Assembly (NCBI GenBank): GCA_028534125.1
Contig: CM052816.1
Coordinates: forward strand, 83,640,001 to 83,704,000
Length of the DNA: 64,000 nucleotides
Reading direction: 5' to 3'
Source: Lama glama
Lineage: Eukaryota
Part shown: piece after piece, positions 53,849 to 64,000 of the stretch
How the letters are laid out: each line of letters starts with the position of its first letter
Position numbering within the stretch: position 1 is the stretch's first letter
Notes under the pieces: generated by a model
Database searches by the model: none
Told to the model about the DNA's origin: nothing
What the model saw: only the letters and a program-made list of their open reading frames with translations
Program-made: the position numbers and the translations under genes

Positions 53849-56800
53849 GATCCTTTGTTTTAAGGGGGATGTGATATGTGATTTTATTTTGTCATATCAG
53901 GCACTTTATCATCTCTCAGAGAGCATTTTTGCAGAAGCACCAGAGAAAATTACCAAGACTGGGAAAGACAATTCCATATACATAATAAATGTCAACCCAA
54001 GGGAGGAAAACTTGCTACTTCCTTCAAGATGGAAGATATCTCATGTAGACAATTTGTTAAGTGGCTGACCGGTCTTCTGAAAGCATCATATCATATTGAG
54101 GACTCAGTGCTGGTCTTTGAAGCTGACAGACAAAACATTAACAGCTGCTATGTGAGGATAAGCCATTAGGATAAAGAACGCTTATAGTCATCAAACCTAT
54201 CTGGTTGATATTCTTCAGACTTTATGCCTGGGACTACTTTTCAAACATTAGAGTAGCTTAAGATAAAAACTGCATAACATCCACCAAATGGATTATGGTG
54301 TCTATCCGTTTTTTCAGCAGCACCACTGCAGTGGATGCCTTTTTGCTGGGTATGGCCATATAATAAAGATGTGCACACTTGGCACTGACTTCTGTTGTTT
54401 CATACATATGCCTCTTTCCAAGGCTTATTGGTCAGTTTGATCCATTTTGCTCTTTGAAGCCATGACCACCAGTCAAACCACTGGCCATTGCCTAAGTATC
54501 GATTTAAGACTCACAGAGCACCTCTCTTACTCTGCAAAGTTGATGACTAAGTGGACTATTTATAGCACTGAGATTTTCCTTACTCTGTCTTTCAGAACCA
54601 TCCTTAAGTGGTACTTCAGGGTGACAACAGTTCATTTTCAACTTTTAATGATATATCAAGACAACTAATTTGCAAACTAAATCTGAGTTTCTTCCCCACT
54701 GTATCTCCTTGGGCCAAATACTAAAATGTATCATTTCCATCTCAAGACGGATCACTGCCTGTCTGATAATATGCCTTGTAGAATCTTACAATAGCCAACT
54801 CATGATGGGCATACTTGATTTTTTAGTTACTTGGTGCTCCATCATGAGGACCTTAGATTCTACCAAGGTCTGAAAACTTATACCAAGAGCTTCTTTCCTA
54901 GTACTGAGTAGCTTTCTTTTGCAGAAGGCTTGGCCTTTTTCTGGAACCATAAGGGTCTGCACCATGACTCTCCTATACAGTACTGCTTCACAGATACTCT
55001 TAACTACCTTGAGTGCCTATGACATAATTGTGCCTGCTGGGTCATGTGGCCTGAATGGAATGACAGCTTACATCGAAGCCTGACTCTACTACAAAGTCTT
55101 CTTTTATTTTGAGACCTATTTAAATACAGAATCCTTCCAAGTGACTTATTAAATTGCTTGGAGCAATATTTCCAAGTGTACTATGTATTGCTTTCAACAT
55201 TTGCATATACCACCAAATCTGAGTCTCTTTCTTAGAAGTAAGATGTGAAAGATTGGATATTTTCAGGGTACACATTACCGGTCTCTGAAAAATCTTTACA
55301 ATGTTGCAGACTGCTAAAACCTTGCGACTTTATCTCCCACAGTCTTGCCTGTTTATGTCTAAACAGAACATCCAGATAACTTGCCACTTCCTGTTCATCA
55401 TGCTGATTAGCAACACCAATTTAATAATATGGACTTCTATAATGTTTTACAGAATATCAAGATGGTCCTCTTCCTCCCAGATTGCATACTGAAATGGAGT
55501 TCATGGGAGATAACATCAGCCAGTTGCAAGAAAACGAATATATTCTATTATTTTTCCCTTGTGAACATGAATGACCTTTTTTATTTTTCTCTTGACTGAC
55601 TTTTCTGATAGGGATGGAAAAGAAAATTACCAAATAAGTATCTGATTACCAAATGCTAGAGGCTGTGTTAATCTATTAAAAATACTGTATTTGATAAAAC
55701 AGCTACAATTGAGGCTAGTAATTGGATAAAATACAGCAATTCACTCTCATTCAACGTGATCCATGTAGTTTTTTCAGGCACCATACTGATGAACTGAATA
55801 TTAATATCATGTAGACTATCAGCCCTGTGTCTTTTAAATATTTGAAAGTAGCAACAATTTCTGCTATCCCACTTAGTATATGGCTAAGTTTAGGTGATTT
55901 TAATTAACCTTTTTACCATAATGAAACTTTCTCCACAGAGAACTAATGTGATGGCATTAAGATTTACTGCTAATTATGAGTCAACTCAAGAGGCCACACA
56001 GATGACCACAGAATAAATCCATGAATCCACTGGACTCCTTGTGAGATGGACATGAGACAGGGTGTATTTTTTACTCAATTACTTAATAGGCCCCCACCAT
56101 AAATAACAGCATTTTAAGTTCTTGGTAAGTCAGGTCATAATTTATATTCAGCAGACACTGACAGATGTGAGTATTTATTTTCTTATTGTACATTTGCTCT
56201 GGTAAATATTTTTGGGTCTTTTTAAGGAAACGATTAGGGTAATATTTGTTATATGCACACCTGGTCATGTGATAGGGTCCTTCCTGAAAAGAAATAGCTC
56301 TCTCCTTCAATTGCTTTTTTAGAGCATGATTTTCAGCTATGTCCACTGACATCTGCCTTGTGGTCTCCAGCTTTTTCTAATTTTTGGTTATGTAATAAAC
56401 ACAGCCCACGTTGTGGATTCAGTAATATTGACTCTTTAAAATAGCACAGTCTATTTGCTCTTACCTTAAGTTCTTAGGCATCAAAGTTCCCATATATTTT
56501 AAATGCTGGATGTAGAGAAAAAGCCAATGCATCCTATTTTTCCTTTACTGTATTCCAATCTACCACAGGTAGGAGATTCCATAATTATTATTCCACAGAA
56601 ACCCATGGACTATCACCAAGCCACATAACACCAGTAGTGGAGCCCTTGCTGCTATCTGTATATGGAGTGATTCAATTTCTGAATGTCATTCTGAGAATCT
56701 AAAATCTAAAGTTATTTCCGGTACCTACTTCCTTGGATTTGGTTCTTTTAAAAGCATAAGCAGAGACAAGAAACTAAATATAGGTAGTTTATTTAAGAAA

Positions 56801-57176
56801 TTTAAGAAGCGCAAGTGAGTGAGAGAAAGTTTTAGGGGAAACAAAAATTCCGTGTATTTACACCTCAAACGAAAAGTTTGTTGACATTGGCAATTGTGCT
56901 AAATTAATTGGGAGCCCTACCAGGAGCCATGAAGAATGAACCTCAGGATTGTTTCATTAACAAGTAAAGTGTAATTTTTATCTGTTACGTCTCATCCCAC
57001 AGTGGTGGATGGGTGTCCAAGAGGAGTTAAATCTGACATTTCTGGGATATCCCACACATAGATAAGCAAACTCAGAGAGATGCAGACACCAGCGGCGGTA
57101 AACCGTCAGCCTCAATGGAAACTCCCCAACCCAGACGAACTAGAAGGAGACTACATGGATAAGCAGAATCTGCTAT
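50747..57176 (-). mobile_element. Ancient two-LTR ERVL provirus (LTR16/HERV16-ERV3-16A3-like), interrupted by L1
   Basis: Related LTRs at ~50747-51245 (3') and ~56730-57176 (5'); minus-strand PBS-like GAAGTAGGTACCGG at ~56718-56731; decayed gag/pol between them, with an RT motif remnant at ~55400-55434. Confidence 0.7.
51979..53849 (+). mobile_element. 5'-truncated LINE-1 (ORF2 C-terminus + 3'UTR + (AAAT)n tail)
   Basis: ORFs 52095-52334 ([19 protein letters not shown]) and 52737-53087; TSD core ATCCTTTGT at 51970-51978 and 53850-53858. Confidence 0.96.
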
Positions 57177-57635
57177 GAGGCATTAGGGAGAATCTAGCAT
57201 GACAGTGCTTTTACAATTAAATATGGTACATACGATACTTTTTTTTTCTTGCTGAAATAGCAATTTGACTGTACAAAGTAACTCAAACTGCTGAGTCAGA
57301 GGCACTGGGATGGATATTCTCCAGAACCAATCTCCAAACTTCTTTCTCTCTTTCATTCTGCGTCCCAGTAGAGTAAATTCTGCTGACTACAATATCTAGG
57401 CCCCCTTCCTATCTGGCTTCTGGTTTCGTTTAGTCACGGAATTCAGCAGCAGAACAGGCGGCAGGTGTCACAGCTATGGGTTGGTCCTGCCTGTGTTCCT
57501 CTTCCTTAGGCCAAACATGGGGAGCATGCTCCCCTAAAGCTATAGCTTTTGTAGCATTCATGAAAAAGCCACTCCCAGCACCCCCCACACACCACCTCTA
57601 TTAGTCAGGGTTCTTCAGGAAAACAGAACCAATAG

Positions 57636-58215
57636 CGTCACCAGCAAAGCCTAGTAACAATTCCTGGGAAATAAAAATAGAACCGGGGTAATAATACAAA
57701 GTCTAACCTTTTTTTCCCGTTTGTGCTTCCTCTAGTCTCACTTGCTCACAGGATTCCACTCACAGAGGCCTTGCACCAGCACTTCAGACCAGAGTTTCCA
57801 GTGCGAGGTGGCTGCGCCGACTGACCTCTCAGCTGGGATTCAGGCCGCGTGGAGAAACACTGCTCACGTCACTCGACCCAAGATGGCGGCGGCGGCGGGC
57901 CGTGTGCGGAAGTGCTGCGCAGCTGCTCCCGGCCTGCCAGAACCCCGCCCCTTCCCTGCCAGAACCCCGCCCCTCCCTCCCAGAACCCCGCCCCTCCCCG
58001 CTGACTGAGCTCCATAAAGCACCCCTGCCCACTGCCTGGCGGGGAGAAGGGAGAGCTTGGACTTTAGAGAGCAAGCTCCTAGCACCTCTCTATTCTCTAG
58101 TCAAAGAATAAAGTTTTCCTCTGTTCCTGAACCAAATTCAGTCTCATTCTACTGACATGAGCAACACTGGGCAGAAGGACCCTTGTTGGGACCTGAATCA
58201 ACAGGCTCAGTAACA
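57636..58215 (+). mobile_element. Solo ERV1-type LTR with CpG-rich U3
   Basis: Termini CGTCACC (likely TGT-derived) ... CAGTAACA; 4-bp TSD ATAG at 57632-57635 and 58216-58219; TATA-like CATAAA at 58013 and AATAAA at 58107-58112. Confidence 0.82.
57790..58020 (+). promoter_or_regulatory. CpG-rich promoter-like module inside the LTR
   Basis: CACGTCAC (CRE/E-box-like, 57865), CAAGATGGCGGC (YY1, 57879), CGGAAGTG (ETS/GABPA, 57907), TGCGCA (NRF1-like, 57916), 3x CCAGAACCCCGCCCC (GC box; 57937, 57959, 57980). Confidence 0.65.
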
Positions 58216-59591
58216 ATAGAATAGATAGATGCCAGTAGACACAGCTAAATAGATGTATCTATCTGTAAGTATCTATATGTATGTATGTATCTTTTTTATT
58301 CTATTCTGTTTCTTTGCAGAATACTAATATTTATATATAATACGCATGTATGTCTGTATCTGTCAATCTAGCTATTTATATGCATCTGTACTATATCTAT
58401 TTAATATCTATTTATCTAAGAGATTTATTATAAATTATTGGCTCATGTAATTATGCCAGCTGGAAAGCTGCATAATCTGCCTTCTGCAGGCTGGAGATCC
58501 AGGAAAGTTGATGGTATAGTTTTAAAACCTGAAAGCCGGAGAAGCCAATGGGGTAGATTCCAGTCTGGGTCAGAAGGCTTGAGAACCAGGAGCAGCCAGC
58601 GCAGAAGACCTCTGTCTCAGCTTAAGCAGACAGTCAGAGACTCAATTCACCCTTCCTCTTCCTTTTTGTTCTAGTCATACCCTAAAGGGATTAGATGCTA
58701 CTCACCACTTTGGAGAGAGCCATTTGCTTTACAAAACTCCTCAATTCCAATGCTAATCCTCCTAGAAACACCCTCACAGACACACCCTGAAATAATGTTT
58801 AACTAGCTATCTGGGCATCTCCTAGCCCAGTCAAGTTGACACATAAAATTTTCCATCACATTACTCTTACCATTTAAGTTCTTGGAGTAGCAACGACTTC
58901 ATACTTTGGCTAGTGAGTCTTTAGTTACTTCACTATTCATTATATTTTCTCACAATTTGTAATAGTCCTTTTAATAATCTCTTACAGTTGTTTCAACTAC
59001 TTCTTATATTCAGAGAGTAATGAAATACATGGAGAAGAGTCAAGAATTAACCAAATGAATGGTCTGTTTAAGATGTTATAGGTGACATTGCCACTAGACG
59101 TTTGCTAGGACACCTTTGGAAGAAATTCTAAATGACAAGGCTTTTCATCATTACCTTAAAATTCATAGATTCAAAAGGAGGCAAATGGAAGGATATAACT
59201 AGGTCAATGGTTAAGATCTATCCATCGGAGTATGTGTGGAGGTGTTAACTAACCTCTCCCACTACTTATAAATTTCAAGAGACATTACTTTTCCCCAGAT
59301 GAAACAAGTGGTATTCAGTTACTGGGAAAACCTTTGCCAAAATGGACTTTGGAGCATAAGACATAATTGGCATGCCATCCATCTATCCATTTTAAGTTAA
59401 TAAACGTTTGAATTGTTTTCCTTTTTAGTTTTTGACTGATGTGAACAGTGTTTTCAATTTTTTCAAATTTTCAAATTTTATGAATAGCAAGCTGCTATGA
59501 ACATTCTTTTCTGAGTCTTCTGATGTAAATAAACACTTAGGTAAATGCAGAAAGAGTGACAAATCAATGAATGATGCTGCAAAATTACTTA

Positions 59592-60429
59592 TTGTATCAG
59601 TTTGTTTCCGATCAAGAGATAGAAACAGCACAATTATTTGAACAGAAAAAGGTTTATAATTAATTATTAATACAACAGGAGATTAAAATAATGAGGGAAT
59701 TGGCTACTGAGAAATAATGTAAATGCTAAATAGAGAAAGAACAGATAGAAAGAGGAATCACTGCTCTAAGAAAAAGCCTCATTCCCAGGGTTGAGATTCA
59801 GATTTTTTGGAGAGGACATTCCTGTGGCTCTGAGATGACAAAGAATTCTCTGTAGTGCCATCACAATAGAATTTTCTGGAATGGTTCCTTCTGGAACTTG
59901 CCAGAAATCTTCCCTCAAGTATGTCAGGGAAAGCTGCTCATGAGAGGTTTCTGTGGAGGCATTCTGCTGTAAAACTGTCCAAATTGAGGTGCCAGGGAGA
60001 GCTATTGGCCAGTGGGTTCTGCAGGGTGCCAGGCAAGGGCAAATGCAGGAGCTGAGATCTGGAGAGGCCATGAGTACTGCGGGAGCTCACTGGAGCACAC
60101 TGCTACAAAACTGCCCAAAACAGGGTGCCAGAGGTAACTGGTGGTCACTGGGTACTGCTGGCCATAATGCACTGCAGGAGTCATTGGCACTATGGAATTA
60201 GGTCCAAGAAGTAATGCATGCTGCAGAGACTTGCCAAGTGGGCACACCAAAATCAGTAAGCAAAACTCTTTTCTTCTAGCCTTGTATATCTGACCAGCAC
60301 TCTCCACTGACACAGCTTCACTGACAGCTGACAAAGAAAAAAAAAATTTAAAGAGCCAAATTCATTTTAACAGAGGAGTCAAAAAGAGTAAACTTGGAGT
60401 TTAAATCCAATACATTGATAACCAAAACA
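59592..60429 (-). mobile_element. Ancient solo LTR (LTR78/LTR79-like)
   Basis: TG...CA bounded; the minus-strand start TGTTTTGGTTATCAATGTATTGGATTTAAACTCCAAG...TTTCTTTGTCAGCTG resembles the recalled family consensus. Confidence 0.55.
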
Positions 60430-62009
60430 CTTATCCTTATAAAAATGAAATTAGACATATTTGAAACATTTTATGTTAACATAGTACAGATCATCCTTCC
60501 TAAAGAGTAGTCATTCCGTTAGGTCCTTCCTAAAACCTAAAACTTTTTAATATCTTGTAATAGTCGTGATTAATTTTATGCATCTAAAATAAGAAAAAAA
60601 ATTGTTGGAAGTGAAATAGAATAGCTTATTTCAGATAGGACAATGGTAGTATTTAATTTTAAGAAGTATTAATGAATTCCATCTAAAGATATACTCCTAC
60701 TGATTTTAAAATTGAACAAGTGAAGGCAATTTTTTATATAACTTCAAGAATTGCATCTGCTTAACCATTACATTCTGAGTCCTTGACAGAAGTTTTGTAT
60801 TTGAAGAGATTGATATATTTTGACATCCTTCAAATATTTAAAGCATTTACTAAATATAATGTGGCAAAGGGTATTTGTCACAATCATTCCTGAGTTAAAT
60901 CAGGAGCACTGACTCTCCTCCATCGTATGATTAGATTACCAAAGATCTGATTGTTAGCAAATGCACATGATCTCCATGGCCATGATCACTGGCAGACAGT
61001 TTCCATAAGGACAGAAAGTACTAACAAACATTTCTATGGGAGCAATGCAGGGTTAGTTTTTTTGTTTGCTTGTTTTGCTTTTTTTGTTGTTGTTGTTGTA
61101 TCTTTAAAAGATAATAAATAGAAAGTTCATAGAGTGTTGTTGAAGTTGATTATTTTGTAAATGAGTCTGGGTCTTAAATTACTGCATGTTTTAATAGGAC
61201 ATAATACCAAACACAATATTATTTTATGTTCACTAAAATGCATGCCAATTCTGTTGTATTCTCAGTAAATTTATGGTAGATATCTAAAATTTGTATTAAA
61301 ACTTACCTCTTTATAAAATAACCAATCAGTGGCTCACAAATTTTGGCATTCATCACAAATTATTGCATTTATCAAAAAGTGACAAAATTATTTTTTAAGA
61401 AACAGAAATTAATGAAATAAAGATGTAAATCTTTTCCCTTGAGTTATAGACTCACATATGTTGAAGGAGAACTTATAGGTAATCTAAAACAACTTTCCTG
61501 GAAACTTCCTTACCTGAACAAATTCAACATTTAACAGGCAACTACCTTAGCCTGAAAATGCTCTAAATCATACAAAGCATTTCTTATATTGTCTAACAAA
61601 TTAAAGTAATATTGTGATATGAATGAGTGATCATATAACAAATCCAAATAATCTTTTTTTTTTCAGTGAATGAGGACACTTTTATTAATTTATTTTTAAC
61701 ACCAAGTATAAATTGGAAATTCTTTAAACATATTGGGCATACAATTACCCTGGCTCCCTTGATATGAACTCTCTGTTCTGATTTTCAGTTGTATATTATT
61801 TTGTTGTTTGTTGTATTTAAAATTAGCTGTGCTGCATTTTAGATTCAAGATAACTTGGGGGTTAAAATAAAATTTCTAGATTATTTTATGATTCTAGATT
61901 ATAGACAACATGTCTATTTTTTAAGTTTAAATTTTTCTACTTGGCTGTCAAAAAAGGTAAAACAATTACTTTAATATAAGGTGCAGACTGTCTTTTTTTC
62001 TTTTTTGTC

Positions 62010-62430
62010 AACGTGTAACTGAGTCAGATGAGAAATCGGTCAAAATTCTGGAAGGAAATAGATGACACATAAATTGGTAGTTGAACAATGTTTACTGAGG
62101 ACATGGTCACAAAGGTGTAGGTAGAGCCAAGGAAAACACAACAAGATGGTGAAGCTCCCAGCATCTAGCCATATTGGGGAACTATTACCATCTTTAGGAC
62201 TAAGGAGAAAGGGAAGAAGCAGCAAGAATAAATAACCTAAGTTACCTTTTCTCATTCATTCTCACTTCTTCTGTGGCTCTCATCTCTTGTTGGTCCTTTG
62301 ACCAATATCAAGTAGAAACCAGAGAACAAGGAAGCCCAGATGATACACTATGGTGACATCAGATTCAGGGCACAGGGAAGATAGGAAATGGGGGGAATTA
62401 CATTTGGAAGACAAAACAGTGAATATTCAA
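62010..62430 (-). mobile_element. Ancient LTR-like repeat remnant
   Basis: Purine-rich words typical of reversed old eutherian LTRs (GGAAATAGATGACACA, CACAAAGGTGTAGGTAGAG, CCAGAGAACAAGGAAGCCC); family uncertain. Confidence 0.4.
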
Positions 62431-63764
62431 AACCCATGCTAAACCAGGGCACCTTGCTCTCAAAAAACAAGCAAATGAACAAAAAAACCCAGATCTACTT
62501 ATCTTGATTCAGATTTACAAGCTATAATGACCCTTCAACCTAAAATATCAAGATTGTATATATATTTTCTAGTGTTTTTAGACTGGCATATAAAATCAAC
62601 TCCTGTGGATATTTTCGCTAATTTTACATTTTTCTATGTATATAATACATCACAGTTTCTTCAGTAATTGCAATAGTAAGTCTTCATCAAAAAATGATTG
62701 CCCATGAAACAGGAAAATTGGTGAAAGTTAAACGACTGGATTACTTCCATAGTTGTAGGTAAAGATAGCAAGGGATGATAGCAAAGTACCTGGTGCTAGC
62801 AAAGGCAGGGGCAGAGGGAGGTGAAGGGAGTGGTCACATGAGCTGGAGAGGGTAGCTGTATGGGAAGTGCTATCTGATAAGAGATGTCACTTCAGCTAGA
62901 GTGACATAGACACCCATGGCAACAGGTAGGGAAGAGTCCTGGGTCTTGGCTTTACTCTCTTTCATCTAATTTCCTACTGGTTCTTTCAACTGGCTAAATG
63001 GAATGAGAGAACAGAAAGCTCAGTGATGCCTTGCAGAAGGGTTGGTGTCCCAGGTCACGGGAAGGACGAAGAAGGGTAAAGAGAGCATCGGGAGGACAAA
63101 CAGAACACATCCAGCGTATCAGGGTAATACACATTGTAACTCCTAAGTTCTAGTTCAGAATTTCTATTAATAAAGAGATGTTGAAATCTGGTGATTTTCT
63201 TTAAAAATATCCTAACTTTCCAGAGAAAGAAATCTGCTGGGGAGGCTAATAATACACTCACATTAGACCATGACAAAACCATGTGCTCTCAAAAATAGAA
63301 GGGAGTGATGTGGAAACATTGGAAGTCAGAGACAAAGAGTAAATCTAAAATTAAAGAAGCTATCCAAATTCATGTTAATAAATACCCATTATTATGACAG
63401 GTAATTTCAAGTCATGTCTCTTGTAAAAATTTGATGGACACTCAAAGTTACCAGAGTTAGTTTCAGCTCTGTTCAAGAATAAAATTCTAGACCTTGACAA
63501 AGTTAAATGACCTCTAACTTCTCACCTAAGAAAATTTCTTTTTTAAAACTGTATGAAAATCTTTTGCCGTTTTTGTACTTTGAATTTGGGGTTCTTCTTT
63601 ATTTATCTGATTAAATGTTTTTAAAGAGTTTACTAATTTAATTATTTTCTTTCAGGTATATTTTCTTTATTAATGAGGAACTTAATATCAACGTTTTTTT
63701 AGAAGCAGCAATAGTTTACACTTTAAACTTAAAAATATTTTATTTATTTATTTGCTATTGTAAC

Positions 63765-63895
63765 ATTTTGTTTTATTTTATCTTGGTTAGGGGAAGTAAT
63801 TAGGTTCATTTATTTTTAGAGTTGTTACTGGGTATTGAACCCAGGACCTCAAGAATGTTAAGCATGTGCTCTACCATTTGAGCTCTACTCTCCCC
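63765..63895 (-). mobile_element. tRNA-Ala-derived SINE (Vic-1 type), more diverged copy
   Basis: Reverse complement GGGGAGAGTAGAGCTCAAATGGTAGAGCACATGCTTAACATTCTTGAGGTCCTGGGTTCAATACCCAGTAAC, then tail AAATAAATGAACCTAATTACTTCCCC. Confidence 0.88.
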
Positions 63896-64000
63896 TCAGA
63901 TTATTAAAAAAAAAAAATTTTTATTTACTATTTAAACTTTTTACTTATTGAACTAGAACAAAACAGAAATCCATATTATATTTAAGTATGAAGTGAAGAG

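Larger units (their letters stand above)
57597..58860 (-). mobile_element. MLT2B/C-like ERVL LTR, split by a younger LTR insertion
   Basis: Left end TATTAGTCAGGGTTCTTCAGGAAAACAGAACCAATAG; resumes after 58215; right end CCCAGTCAAGTTGACACATAAAATTTTCCATCACA. Confidence 0.88.

Noticed and set aside
57933..57999. Regularly spaced repeats as a CRISPR-like array
   Set aside because: Only three units with 6-7 bp near-identical linkers in mammalian DNA; no spacers or cas genes.
57883..58008. ATG GCG GCG GCG GCG start (MAAAAGRVRK...) in strong Kozak context, resembling a gene's first exon
   Set aside because: The ATG is part of the YY1 motif and lies within a TSD-bounded LTR; the frame closes after ~41 low-complexity codons with no recognisable protein.

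Overview
AT-rich, CpG-poor mammalian genomic DNA, most likely camelid (camel/llama/alpaca), judged from two tRNA-Ala-derived Vic-1-type SINEs. I can support no protein-coding exon, true tRNA or rRNA gene, CRISPR array or prokaryote-style system. It reads as gene desert or deep intron, filled with transposon fossils. These include five LINE-1 pieces of different ages (two with clear target-site duplications (TSDs), two with shorter or degenerate ones), an old HAL1/L1M, an MLT2D-ERVL provirus 5' part, and a two-LTR ERVL provirus on the minus strand split by a younger L1. There are also solo ERV1 and MaLR LTRs, Tigger/hAT MITEs, MIR/L2 remnants and microsatellites. The only listed ORFs with recognisable protein similarity are decayed retroelement fragments (L1 ORF2, ERVL gag). 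Most notable: (1) a solo LTR at 57636-58215, nested in an MLT2 LTR, carrying the window's only CpG-rich island with a housekeeping-promoter-like motif set (YY1, ETS/GABP, CRE-like, NRF1-like, three tandem GC boxes); (2) a short interstitial telomeric array inside the ERVL gag region; (3) an MLT1/MLT2 chimeric LTR; (4) several non-repeat blocks that look like conserved enhancers. Repeat family names come from recalled consensus sequences, not from a database search, and boundaries of old elements are approximate.
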